Part shown: one piece after another, positions 20,901-31,159 of the stretch
Numbering within the stretch: position 1 is the first letter of the stretch
Layout of the letters: every line of letters starts with the position of its first letter
Assembly (NCBI GenBank): GCA_965238175.1
Contig: CBDEGZ010000003.1
Location: 396,357 to 460,356 of the forward strand
Source of the DNA: Gammaproteobacteria bacterium
GTDB taxonomy: Bacteria; Pseudomonadota; Gammaproteobacteria; CAJXQU01
DNA: 64,000 nucleotides
Direction of reading: 5' to 3'
Notes under the pieces: generated by a model
Told to the model about the DNA's origin: nothing
Databases searched by the model: none
Seen by the model: only the letters and a program-made list of their open reading frames with translations
Translations under genes and position numbers: made by a program

Positions 20901-21574
20901 ACTTTAAGTCAGCAGGACGCCGCTCGCGGTGCCTCTTGTCGTCACCCATGCAATAAGCGATATAGCATTTCAAATAAAACTTTCACACAAGCCTAGTGAA
21001 AAAGATATTCTGGAAAATTTAGTGTCTGTTGGAAAGAAATTTTATTCAAACATTCAGTTTATGGAAAGTAGGCTTAAATAACTTAGGTATAAACAAGAAC
21101 AATTAAGAAGGACAAACCTCCGTAGCTTGCCCTCATTGCAGGCATTATGTGTATTGAGGATAATTAGTGACTTTAGAAAATCTAAATGATAACGAAATTA
21201 GTATTGTTGGCGAGTACCTAGATAATGCTGCAAATGGGCCATTTTTCCCAACTGGGAGTTTGAAACATTGTTTGGAGTTAGTAGAAAAGAAATCAAAAAT
21301 GTCGCAAATAACTTCCCCAATGTTGTGACAGTCCAGAAGAAAAAAATAATGATAGTTCGCTCATTATTAACAACACACTTGTTAGTTTAGTTGGTTACCC
21401 GCATCAATTCGATGGCAAATTGAAATGATTTAAAACTTTTAAAGGCCTTGGCTTCTTTGGCAATTCTGACCAGAATCAATAGTTCATCCAACAGCTCTCG
21501 TAAAACGAAAAGATGAGGTCATTTATCTCTTGCAGCATTGGCCTTCATAATCTGGGAAACTACTTCGCGACTTT

Positions 21575-22606
<1,032 letters not shown>

Positions 22607-22664
22607 TTATTGCCCCAATCGTACAATCATTAAGTGTCGTCGAAAGCGTGCTATTATACGAAGC

Positions 22665-23972
22665 ATGGTGCAATCCTCCAATGATATTATCCCTTTCCCA
22701 TCAAAACCACGTATTTATAAACGATCAGAGCACAATATTTCACGCGACGCCATCTCGGAACAAGCATTAAAAGTACTCTATCGACTCCAACAAGCAGGTT
22801 ACCAGGCGCATCTTGTTGGAGGTGGTGTACGTGATATTTTACTCGGCGTGGCTCCCAAAGATTTTGATATCGCGACCGATGCCAAGCCCGAACAGGTTCG
22901 TGAACTATTTCGAAATTGCAGATTAATCGGTCGTCGTTTTCGGCTTGCACACGTCCATTTTGGTCGTGAGATTATCGAAGTTGCAACGTTTCGGGCCAAT
23001 CATGAAACAGGCGGTGATCGATTAATCGAAGACGGTATGATCCTGCGTGACAATGTTTATGGTGATATTGATGATGATGTCTGGCGACGCGACTTTACTG
23101 TCAATGCGCTTTACTACAATATCGCCGATTTTTCGATCGTTGATTATGTCGGTGGCGTCGAAGATGTAAAAGCAGGGCTGATTAAATTCATCGGCGATCC
23201 GGAAGAACGTTACCGTGAAGATCCTGTGCGAATGCTACGCGCGATCAGATTCGCGGCTAAACTCGATTTCACAATCGATCGAGCTACAGAAAAGTCGATC
23301 TCGGAACTCACCTATCTGCTCGGCGACATTCCAACCGCGCGCTTATTTGAGGAAGTAAACAAACTCTTCCTCAGCGGTTATGCTCTAAAAACCTTTACGC
23401 AACTCCGTCATTACGGATTATTTGATCAATTATTTCCACAAGTTGAAAAGAGCCTGCAAGAAGAAAAAAATAGCTTTACAGAAAAAATATTGATCCAGGC
23501 GCTAAAAAATACCGATGAACGAATTGCGATCGGCAAACCAATTAACCCTGCTTTTCTATACTCGGTAATGTTGTGGCAACCAATGCAAGAACATCTCAAC
23601 CACTTCCTTAGCAATGGTGCCCACCCCGTAGAAGCTCAGCGCTTGGCCGCGGATACGGTCATCTCAAAACAAATCGCGAAAGTGGCTGTTCCGCGACGAT
23701 TTACTCATATGGTACGTGAGATCTGGGAACTGCAGCACCGCTTACAAAATCGACGTGGTAAGAAACCTTATAACCTACTACACAACAAACGTTTCCGGGC
23801 AGCGTATGACTTTTTGCTACTGCGGTCAGAAGTCGATGAAACCCAAAAAGAACTAGCTGATTGGTGGACTGAGTTTCAGGATGTTGATGAAGATCGTCAG
23901 CGTGAAATGCAAACCGGTTTACCTGCGGATAAATCAAAACGTCGTCGTTCAAGAAAACGCAAAAAGTCTTAA
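22665..23972 (+). CDS. pcnB: Poly(A) polymerase I
   Basis: HLVGGGVRDILLGVAPKDFDIATDA...RFRLAHVHFGREIIEVATFR is the PcnB signature. The start is placed at 22665 (MVQSS...) because the longer frame overlaps hemB. Confidence 0.85.
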   Translation: MVQSSNDIIPFPSKPRIYKRSEHNISRDAISEQALKVLYRLQQAGYQAHLVGGGVRDILLGVAPKDFDIATDAKPEQVRELFRNCRLIGRRFRLAHVHFGREIIEVATFRANHETGGDRLIEDGMILRDNVYGDIDDDVWRRDFTVNALYYNIADFSIVDYVGGVEDVKAGLIKFIGDPEERYREDPVRMLRAIRFAAKLDFTIDRATEKSISELTYLLGDIPTARLFEEVNKLFLSGYALKTFTQLRHYGLFDQLFPQVEKSLQEEKNSFTEKILIQALKNTDERIAIGKPINPAFLYSVMLWQPMQEHLNHFLSNGAHPVEAQRLAADTVISKQIAKVAVPRRFTHMVREIWELQHRLQNRRGKKPYNLLHNKRFRAAYDFLLLRSEVDETQKELADWWTEFQDVDEDRQREMQTGLPADKSKRRRSRKRKKS

Positions 23973-24037
23973 TTTTAAAGCTTTAAATCACCGAAAACGG
24001 CACTGAATCTGTCCGAACATTTCAGTACAATAATCAA

Positions 24038-24535
24038 ATGTCAGAATTCAACGCCTATATTGGTCTCGGAAGTAATCTCGAAGATCCTATCAAACAAGTT
24101 CGTACCGCGCTCCAAGAGTTAGATCAAATTAAATCAAGCAAATTGATCAAACATTCATCGCTTTATAAAAGTGATCCTGTTGGGCCTGCTGGTCAGCCGG
24201 ATTACATTAATGCCGTTGCTGAGATCAAAACGCGACTCAAGCCAATAACTTTATTACAAGCTTTGCAGGCAATAGAACAGGATCATCAACGCGTTCGTTT
24301 AAAACGTTGGGGTCCTCGAACGTTGGATCTTGATCTCTTGATTTATGCGGATCAAAAAATTGATGAGCCGGATTTAATCGTCCCACATATTATGATCGCA
24401 GAACGTTCATTTGTACTTTACCCTCTGGCAGAAATTGCATCTGATATCCAAATTCCAGGGTTAGCATCAATGCCAGAGTTGCTTAAAAACGTGTCCAGAA
24501 AAGGACTTTCTAAATTATCAAACGAGACCTTTTAG
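24038..24535 (+). CDS. folK: 2-amino-4-hydroxy-6-hydroxymethyldihydropteridine pyrophosphokinase
   Basis: 165 aa with AYIGLGSNLEDP...PRTLDLDLL, the HPPK consensus. Confidence 0.85.
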   Translation: MSEFNAYIGLGSNLEDPIKQVRTALQELDQIKSSKLIKHSSLYKSDPVGPAGQPDYINAVAEIKTRLKPITLLQALQAIEQDHQRVRLKRWGPRTLDLDLLIYADQKIDEPDLIVPHIMIAERSFVLYPLAEIASDIQIPGLASMPELLKNVSRKGLSKLSNETF

Positions 24536-24570
24536 TTTGGTTTGTGTAGTTAGTTTAAGAGTAGCAAGGA

Positions 24571-25212
24571 ATGAATAATCCTCTCAAATATATTGTGGTT
24601 GAAGGTTCGATTGGGGTTGGAAAAACAACACTGGCGAAACGCTTAGCAAAGCATTTTGGATCGGATCTTATCCTCGAAGGCGCAGCCGAAAATCCTTTCT
24701 TACCCTCATTTTATGAGAATCCAGCGGGTGCGGCACTCGCCGCTCAGCTTTTCTTCTTATTTCAGCGCATTGAACAGATCAAATCGATGATTCAGGACGA
24801 CATGTTTAATCCAGTGCGCGTTGCTGATTTTATGCTCGAAAAAGATCGCTTGTTTGCGGAACTGACATTGACAGAAGAGGAACTGAAGTTATACGACCAG
24901 GTCTACGCTGAAATGGCTGTTGATGCACCAACCCCCGATCTGGTGATCTATTTGCAAGCACCCATAGAAATTTTGTTAGCGCGGATAAAAAAACGCGGAA
25001 TTGATCATGAACAGGGAATGGATGCAGATTATCTTCAACGATTAAGTGAAGCCTATGTGCGATTTTTCTATCACTACAAAAAAGCGCCTTTGCTGATCAT
25101 AAACACAACCGAGGTAAATTTTGCCGAAGGTGAAGAAGATTTTGCTATGCTACTCTCTCACATCAGAGAATTACCCAGAGGCGTAACCTACTTTAATCAA
25201 ATGACGAATTAA
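24571..25212 (+). CDS. Deoxynucleoside kinase (dNK family)
   Basis: P-loop YIVVEGSIGVGKTTLAKRLA with dNK-family downstream motifs. Confidence 0.75.
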   Translation: MNNPLKYIVVEGSIGVGKTTLAKRLAKHFGSDLILEGAAENPFLPSFYENPAGAALAAQLFFLFQRIEQIKSMIQDDMFNPVRVADFMLEKDRLFAELTLTEEELKLYDQVYAEMAVDAPTPDLVIYLQAPIEILLARIKKRGIDHEQGMDADYLQRLSEAYVRFFYHYKKAPLLIINTTEVNFAEGEEDFAMLLSHIRELPRGVTYFNQMTN

Positions 25213-25214
25213 AC

Positions 25215-26033
25215 ATGAAAAAAGTATCTCCAAAAAAATCCCAAAAAATATCAGTCACCCGACTACGTCAAATGAAAAAAGAGGGCGAAAAAATCGCCAT
25301 TTTAACGTCTTATGACGCGACCTTTTCCGCATTATTAGATGAAGCAGGTGTCGATGTACAACTTGTGGGGGATTCGCTTGGCATGGTCATCCACGGTCAA
25401 GATTCCACCGTCTCCGTGACTATCGAAGATATGATCTACCATTCTTCCATAGTCAGTCAGGCAAACAAGCGTAGTTTGATCATCACTGATATGCCGTTTA
25501 TGAGCTATGCAACACCAGAACAAGCCATGACAAACGCTGCGAGATTAATGAGTGAAGGCGGGGCAGAAGTGATCAAAATGGAAGGTGGTGCATGGTTAGA
25601 AGAGACCATCTCTCTACTTAGTTCACGGGGAATTCCTGTCTGTGCTCATTTAGGTTTATTACCACAATCGGTTCATAAATTAGGTGGTTATCGAGTTCAT
25701 GGTCGTGATAAGACTAGTGCAAAACAGATCCTGAAAGATGCAAAAAATCTGGAAAAAGCCGGCGCTGAAATAATGGTTATTGAGCTTGTGACCAGAAAGC
25801 TTGCTGCAGAGATCTGCGAGGCTGTTTCAATTCCCGTTATTGGAATTGGGGCGGGTTCAGATTGCGACGGCCAAGTGTTGGTTTTACATGACATGCTTGG
25901 AATTGGTGGGCGTTACATGAAAATGTGTAAAAACTTTATGGCCGAAAGTGACAGCATTCAAAACGCGATCAAAAACTATGTGGAAGAAGTCAAAACCGGC
26001 TCTTTCCCTGCTAATGAGCACGGTTTCGACTAA
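25215..26033 (+). CDS. panB: 3-methyl-2-oxobutanoate hydroxymethyltransferase
   Basis: 272 aa with the PanB consensus (ILTSYDATFSALLDEAGVDV...). Its stop overlaps the panC start. Confidence 0.9.
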   Translation: MKKVSPKKSQKISVTRLRQMKKEGEKIAILTSYDATFSALLDEAGVDVQLVGDSLGMVIHGQDSTVSVTIEDMIYHSSIVSQANKRSLIITDMPFMSYATPEQAMTNAARLMSEGGAEVIKMEGGAWLEETISLLSSRGIPVCAHLGLLPQSVHKLGGYRVHGRDKTSAKQILKDAKNLEKAGAEIMVIELVTRKLAAEICEAVSIPVIGIGAGSDCDGQVLVLHDMLGIGGRYMKMCKNFMAESDSIQNAIKNYVEEVKTGSFPANEHGFD

Positions 26034-26890
26034 TGAATACCATTATCCACGTTGCCGAACTAAGAAGTCAGGTGAAAAAATGGCGCATGGCAGGCGAAAG
26101 TATTTGCTTAGTTCCGACGATGGGAAATCTGCATGAAGGTCATCTTGCATTGGTCGACCGGGCTAAACAGTTATCTGATCATGTCATCGCGTCGATTTTT
26201 GTTAATCCGATGCAATTTATTCAGGGCGAAGATTTTGCAACCTATCCACGAACAATGGAGCAGGATAGCCTCGCTTTATTTGAACGGGGTGTGAACACTC
26301 TATTCTCGCCCGAAGTTGATGAAGTTTATCCCGCTGGTTTAGAAAACCACACCGAAGTTTCAGTTCCGGCATTGGATGGTTTTCTCTGCGGCGCTTCAAG
26401 ACCAGGACATTTCAGCGGTGTTGCTACGGTCGTTTCAAAATTATTCAATCTAGTACAACCTGACACGGCCATCTTTGGTCAAAAAGATTATCAGCAACTG
26501 CTAGTGATCAAACACATGGTCAACGATTTATGCATGCCTATCGACATACAATCTTTACCAACCGTCAGAGAAGAAGATGGGCTCGCACTCAGCTCACGTA
26601 ATGGTTATTTAACTGAAAAAGATCGAAAAACAGCGCCAGCGATATATCAACAGCTGACCGAAATAACTGAGCAGATCAAAAATGGAAATATAAACTTTTC
26701 TGATCTGGAAAAAACCGGTAAAGAAAGTTTAAAACAACTGGGTTTTGAACCTGAATATTTAAGTATTCGTCGTCAAGATGATCTCAATATCGCAGATCAA
26801 AAACGCGATCAAAAACTCATTATTCTTGTCGCCGCACGACTAGGCACAACTCGTCTTATCGACAATATATTGGTATCTCGATCATTATGA
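26033..26890 (+). CDS. panC: Pantoate--beta-alanine ligase
   Basis: 285 aa with LVPTMGNLHEGHLALV (HIGH-type motif). Confidence 0.9.
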   Translation: MNTIIHVAELRSQVKKWRMAGESICLVPTMGNLHEGHLALVDRAKQLSDHVIASIFVNPMQFIQGEDFATYPRTMEQDSLALFERGVNTLFSPEVDEVYPAGLENHTEVSVPALDGFLCGASRPGHFSGVATVVSKLFNLVQPDTAIFGQKDYQQLLVIKHMVNDLCMPIDIQSLPTVREEDGLALSSRNGYLTEKDRKTAPAIYQQLTEITEQIKNGNINFSDLEKTGKESLKQLGFEPEYLSIRRQDDLNIADQKRDQKLIILVAARLGTTRLIDNILVSRSL

Positions 26891-27648
26891 CTATTGAAAA
26901 AGAAACCGCGAACAGGGCAAATACAGCAGCCGTTATTATCATCGGAAACGAAATTCTTTCTGGTCGCACACAGGATATTAACCTTTCTTATCTGGGAAAA
27001 CGTTTTGATCAATTAGGTATTAGTTTGGTCGAAGCGCGCATTGTTCGCGATGTTCCGGAAGAAATCATTGATGCGGTTAATCATCTAAGAAACGAGTATG
27101 AGTATGTATTCACTACTGGTGGAATCGGTCCTACACATGACGATATAACTACCGACTGTATCGCTCAAGCTTTTGGCGTTAACATTGAAATTAACCCTGA
27201 AGCAGTAAAATACGTTGCCCATGGTGATAAGCCAGATCAAATTTCGGACGCTCGAATGAAAATGGCAAAAATCCCAGTCGGTGCAACACTGGTGGATAAT
27301 CCTGTCAGCGGTGCACCAGGCTATCGACTTGAAAATGTCTATGTCTTCGCCGGCGTACCCAACATTATGCAAGCAATGTTTGAAGGAATGGCACATGAAC
27401 TTGTTGGTGGCGATCCTGTTTTGACCAAAACCGTCAGCACACACATGCGCGAAAGCCAGATAGCTGAAGGATTAGAAAAACTACAAAATGAATATCCAGA
27501 TATCAATATTGGAAGCTACCCGTTTTATAAAGAGCAACGCTTTGGTGTGAACATTGTCACTCGTGGCACAGATCAAAAGGAACTTGAAACGCTTGATCAA
27601 AAATTACGTGATTTGATTATTAAACTTGGACATCAACCAATCAAATAA
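26887..27648 (+). CDS. CinA-like N-terminal (MoCF-binding) domain protein
   Basis: 253 aa with AVIIIGNEILSGRTQDINLSYLGKRF...TTGGIGPTHDDIT, the competence/damage-inducible CinA N-domain / molybdopterin-binding fold. Confidence 0.65.
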   Translation: MTIEKETANRANTAAVIIIGNEILSGRTQDINLSYLGKRFDQLGISLVEARIVRDVPEEIIDAVNHLRNEYEYVFTTGGIGPTHDDITTDCIAQAFGVNIEINPEAVKYVAHGDKPDQISDARMKMAKIPVGATLVDNPVSGAPGYRLENVYVFAGVPNIMQAMFEGMAHELVGGDPVLTKTVSTHMRESQIAEGLEKLQNEYPDINIGSYPFYKEQRFGVNIVTRGTDQKELETLDQKLRDLIIKLGHQPIK

Positions 27649-27675
27649 TGGTAAAGAAGGCAAAAATGAGCTGGC

Positions 27676-29262
27676 TTATAAATCCTTAAATTTCAGATTA
27701 TATTTATTTAAGTAAACTCTTATTCGCTGTGAATCATTATTAGTTTCCTTTTTTGAACTACTTCGATTAAAAAGTTGCCTACCTGCATCAGCCATACTTT
27801 TGCTTTCTTTGCAGAGACGAATAACATGTGTAAGTTGTGCCTGTTCAAACAAATCTAGATTTTCATAAGCTCCACTTGTGAGCGTATTTTTAAGCAGCTC
27901 ATCATCACTATTGCTTTTAGAATCTTTGTAACCATTCCAATCCATCTGTAATCGCTGTATTTCATGATCAACAATACTCTCCGTAATTCGGCCACCCGTC
28001 GCTAAGGTTGCCATTCGGGTGATACTCGAATTCAGATCACGAAAGTTTGCTTTCCATTCAGCGAAAGAACTTAACGAGAACGCAAGGTATTTTGATTTTG
28101 CCGAGCTGTTAAAACCAATTTTATGATTCATATCCTGTGCATAGCGTTGAAGTTCATATTCTATATTTGGTTCAATATCTTCATAACGTTCTTTGAGTGA
28201 AGGCAGCTGGTAGTTCCACAAGTTGATTCTGGCTAGTAGATCTTCTCTGAATTTACCTTCTTCAACGAGTTGATAGAGATTGCGATTTGTTCCTGCGATG
28301 AGCTGAAAATCGCTGCTGACTTTTTGATCGGAACCAAACGGAGTAAACACTTTTTCTTCAATCGCTCGTAGTAACATGGCTTGTTCGTCTAAACCGAGCT
28401 CACCGATTTCATCCAAAAAAAGTAACCCGTGATTTGCTTCTAATAATAATCCATTTCGATTATTCACAGCTCCTGTATAGGCGCCCTTTATATGCCCAAA
28501 CAGCGTAGACATGGCATTATCACCACGCAATGTTGCGCAATTAACTTCGACTAATTGCCCTTTAAGCTGTGTGCGCTGCTGTTTTAATTCGTATATTTTT
28601 TTGGCTAAATGTGACTTGCCAACACCAGTTGGTCCCATCAATAAAATAGGCGCTTTTGATCGAATAGCAACTTGCTCAATTTCATCAATAAGTTGGTTAT
28701 ATCGTTTATTGCGGGTTTCGATTCCATCTTTAAGATAACTAATGTCTTGTTGGGCATCGCGGTTAAATCGAGAGGCAATTTGATCATAACGAGAAAGATC
28801 CAGATCAATAGTAAATAACTCACCATGCGCACCTTCTTTACTCGGTGCAGTCTGAATCAGTTTACCCGGGAAATAATTCGCTTCAGTCAGCAGATAAATA
28901 CAGATCTGTGCGACGTGCGTTCCTGTCGTGATATGAAAATGGTAGTTGTTATTTTCAGGATCAAAATTGTAAGCATGTGAAAAGTCGTGCAGTTGACTAT
29001 AGACCTGCTCAAAATCCCAGGGATCATCATAGTCTACAAGGTAAATAGAAATCTCAATATCCAGGCAAAGAGTGCTGATGTCTTTTAAAGTGAGGTCTAA
29101 TAATGCCTGATCTTGTTTGTGATAGATCAGGATCAATTCATCAACTGGAAACTCATGGTGCATCAACAATGACATGGTTGGACGCCAGCGTAACCAGCGC
29201 TTACTTCCAAGGCCTACATTATCAAGACGAGAGCCTAAAATCCCAATAACTATATTATTCAT
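27676..29262 (-). CDS. rtcR: Sigma-54-dependent transcriptional regulator RtcR
   Basis: 528 aa, co-linear with E. coli RtcR throughout. Shared segments include GSKRWLRWRPT, HITTGTHVAQICIYLL, GPTGVGKSHLA, EVNCATLRGDNAMSTLFGHIKGAYTGA, FREDLLARINLW and TRMATLATGGRIT. Confidence 0.9.
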   Translation of the reverse strand: MNNIVIGILGSRLDNVGLGSKRWLRWRPTMSLLMHHEFPVDELILIYHKQDQALLDLTLKDISTLCLDIEISIYLVDYDDPWDFEQVYSQLHDFSHAYNFDPENNNYHFHITTGTHVAQICIYLLTEANYFPGKLIQTAPSKEGAHGELFTIDLDLSRYDQIASRFNRDAQQDISYLKDGIETRNKRYNQLIDEIEQVAIRSKAPILLMGPTGVGKSHLAKKIYELKQQRTQLKGQLVEVNCATLRGDNAMSTLFGHIKGAYTGAVNNRNGLLLEANHGLLFLDEIGELGLDEQAMLLRAIEEKVFTPFGSDQKVSSDFQLIAGTNRNLYQLVEEGKFREDLLARINLWNYQLPSLKERYEDIEPNIEYELQRYAQDMNHKIGFNSSAKSKYLAFSLSSFAEWKANFRDLNSSITRMATLATGGRITESIVDHEIQRLQMDWNGYKDSKSNSDDELLKNTLTSGAYENLDLFEQAQLTHVIRLCKESKSMADAGRQLFNRSSSKKETNNDSQRIRVYLNKYNLKFKDL

Positions 29263-29401
29263 AAATATATAATTATATATTTATAGATAGATTTCAAGAA
29301 TATTATCTATCATCATATTTCTACTAAAACACATCATAAAAAAAATATTAATTTATATATTTCAATAACTTAAATATAAATTTCCAAGCTTGCAAAAAAG
29401 C

Positions 29402-29417
29402 TGGCAGGCCCATTGCA
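29402..29417 (+). promoter_or_regulatory. Sigma-54 (-24/-12) promoter for rtcB
   Basis: TGGCAG-gccca-TTGCA matches TGGCAC-N5-TTGCW. It lies about 70 nt upstream of the rtcB start, in the AT-rich rtcR/rtcB divergent region. Confidence 0.65.
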
Positions 29418-29484
29418 ATAATCTCTATCGAAAACAATTGAAACGAATACTAAATTACTAAACAAGAATAGAAGGAAGATCAAA

Positions 29485-30738
29485 ATGGACCAGCAAAACA
29501 ACATTAAAAACTCAAGCAACTATGACGTGTTATACGCAAATATTTCGAGAGTACCGGTTAAGTCATGGACCAAAGGTGTGCCGTTTGATCAGAATTCAAA
29601 GGATCAATTATTGAGCCTTTCGCAAATGCCTTTTATCCATAAATGGATTGCGGCAATGCCTGATGTTCATGTTGGGAAAGGGGCCACGATAGGAAGCGTC
29701 ATCCCAACATTTGGTGCGGTTATTCCTGCTGCCGTCGGTGTGGATTTAGGTTGCGGAATGATGGCAGCAAAAACGACTCTGACGGCCAATGACCTGCCTG
29801 ACGATTTAGCTGATATGCGTAGCGCAATTGAAAGTTTGGTTCCACATGGTCGCTCTGCTCGACGTCGTGGTGGTCGTGATAAAGGTAGCTGGGGAAATAT
29901 ACCAGATGATGTGGCTGAAGCATGGTCGCCACTAGCTGATGGATTTGATCGCCTGGTTGAAAAGCATCCGTTTTTGAAGAATACCAATAACGTCGCGCAT
30001 TTAGGAACATTGGGAACAGGTAATCACTTTGTAGAGATCTGCCTGGACGAAAATGAGGATGTCTGGGTGATGTTACATAGCGGATCTCGTGGTGTGGGTA
30101 ATGCGATTGGAAGACATTTTATCGAAAAAGCACAACGAGATATGGAACGCTGGTTTATTCATTTGCCTGATCGAGATCTGGCTTATATACCAGAGGGCAG
30201 CGAGCAGTTTGGTCACTATATTTCTGCAGTGTCATGGGCACAAGATTTTGCCCGCATTAATCGTGAAATAATGATGCAGCGAACATTGCAAGCCATGACT
30301 GATGTTTTACCAATAGCATTTACGGCTGATGTAGAAGCGGTGAATTGTCACCATAACTACATCCGTAAAGAGAACCACTACGACGAAAACGTGTGGGTCA
30401 CTCGAAAAGGTGCGGTGAGTGCTCGCAAAGGCGAAATGGGCATTATCCCAGGAAGTATGGGTGCGAAATCATTCATCGTTCGAGGGCTTGGAAATGAAGA
30501 AAGCTTTTGTAGTTGTAGCCATGGAGCAGGACGTGTGATGTCACGTACTCAAGCAAAAAAAGTAGTTTCATTAGCAGAACACGTTCAAGCCACGAAAGGT
30601 GTGGAATGCCGTAAAGATGCGAGTGTAATTGATGAAACTCCAGCAGCGTATAAACCGATTGAACAAGTCATGGAAGCACAAAATGATCTTGTGGAAATAG
30701 TACATACCTTAAAGCAGGTCGTGTGCGTAAAAGGATAA
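29485..30738 (+). CDS. rtcB: RNA-splicing ligase RtcB (3'-phosphate/5'-hydroxyl RNA ligase)
   Basis: 417 aa, near-colinear with E. coli RtcB. Shared segments include MPDVHVGKGATIGSVIPT, GTLGTGNHFVEICLDE, HSGSRGVGNAIG, NCHHNY and SFCSCSHGAGRVMSRT. Confidence 0.92.
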   Translation: MDQQNNIKNSSNYDVLYANISRVPVKSWTKGVPFDQNSKDQLLSLSQMPFIHKWIAAMPDVHVGKGATIGSVIPTFGAVIPAAVGVDLGCGMMAAKTTLTANDLPDDLADMRSAIESLVPHGRSARRRGGRDKGSWGNIPDDVAEAWSPLADGFDRLVEKHPFLKNTNNVAHLGTLGTGNHFVEICLDENEDVWVMLHSGSRGVGNAIGRHFIEKAQRDMERWFIHLPDRDLAYIPEGSEQFGHYISAVSWAQDFARINREIMMQRTLQAMTDVLPIAFTADVEAVNCHHNYIRKENHYDENVWVTRKGAVSARKGEMGIIPGSMGAKSFIVRGLGNEESFCSCSHGAGRVMSRTQAKKVVSLAEHVQATKGVECRKDASVIDETPAAYKPIEQVMEAQNDLVEIVHTLKQVVCVKG

Positions 30739-30753
30739 GCGCGGAAAGCAGAT

Positions 30754-30778
30754 GCTGGAATGGGCCAGCACCTTTTAG
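30754..30778 (+). terminator. Putative terminator after rtcB
   Basis: GCTGG-aatggg-CCAGC followed by ACCTTTT. The U-tract is short. Confidence 0.35.
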
Positions 30779-30930
30779 GAAAGAAGAATTCTGTATATTT
30801 CTGTTAAAAAAGTAGTTAGGAAAATACAACAAAGAATCTCAATCTTTACAAACTTGCGGAGCTGGTTTTAACCAGCCTGACACCAGGTTCTTTGAGCCAA
30901 TGTGTATCGGTTTGTGCGGGTTAGATAACT

Positions 30931-30996
30931 ATCGTTATAGCTAAATGGTAAAGCGCTGGAAACAGTCATGTGATGGTTCGACTCCATCTAACGATG
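30931..30996 (+). ncRNA. Truncated tRNA-like element (66 nt): intact acceptor, D-like and T arms, no normal anticodon arm
   Basis: The 7-bp acceptor (ATCGTTA/TAACGAT) is perfect and is followed by U8A9. D-like GCT-AAATGGTAA-AGC. T-arm GATGG-TTCGACT-CCATC. Only 16 nt separate the D arm from the T stem, where about 22 are expected. No CCA is present. Confidence 0.5.
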
Positions 30997-30998
30997 CT

Positions 30999-31072
30999 AT
31001 CACTATAGCTCATATGGTTAGAGCAGTTGACTCAAAATCAATTTGTAGCCGGTTCGAATCCGGCTAGTGAAC
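30999..31072 (+). tRNA. Non-canonical tRNA-like gene (74 nt), Met/Ile-family-like body with anticodon loop CTCAAAA (CAA) and an A1·A72 mismatch
   Basis: D-arm AGCTCATATGGTTAGAGCA resembles E. coli elongator tRNA-Met (AGCTCAGTTGGTTAGAGCA). The anticodon arm GTTGA-CTCAAAA-TCAAT gives anticodon CAA with a 5-nt variable loop, so it is not a class-II tRNA-Leu. T-arm GCCGG-TTCGAAT-CCGGC. The acceptor ATCACTA/TAGTGAA has a terminal A·A mismatch. It starts 2 nt after the preceding tRNA-like element and encodes no CCA. Confidence 0.5.
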
Positions 31073-31159
31073 CGCCGAAAGGCACCAACTTACACATTAA
31101 AGTGTATTGAAATAATGTCTGAAAGGACAATGTAAAACGCTCCAGACAGCAGATCATTT

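Noticed and set aside
29667-30010. Antisense ORFs inside rtcB (106 and 96 aa)
   Set aside because: They lie fully within a strongly conserved coding region on the opposite strand, with no supporting signals. They are most likely shadow ORFs. The same judgement applies to the other internal antisense ORFs listed inside glnE, groEL, gyrB, dnaA, yidC, ureC and urtB.
30999-31072. Calling the second tRNA-like element a normal tRNA-Leu(CAA)
   Set aside because: It has a 5-nt variable loop and a Met-like D-arm. Bacterial tRNA-Leu is class II with a long variable arm. It also has an A1·A72 mismatch, so it is kept as non-canonical or tRNA-like.
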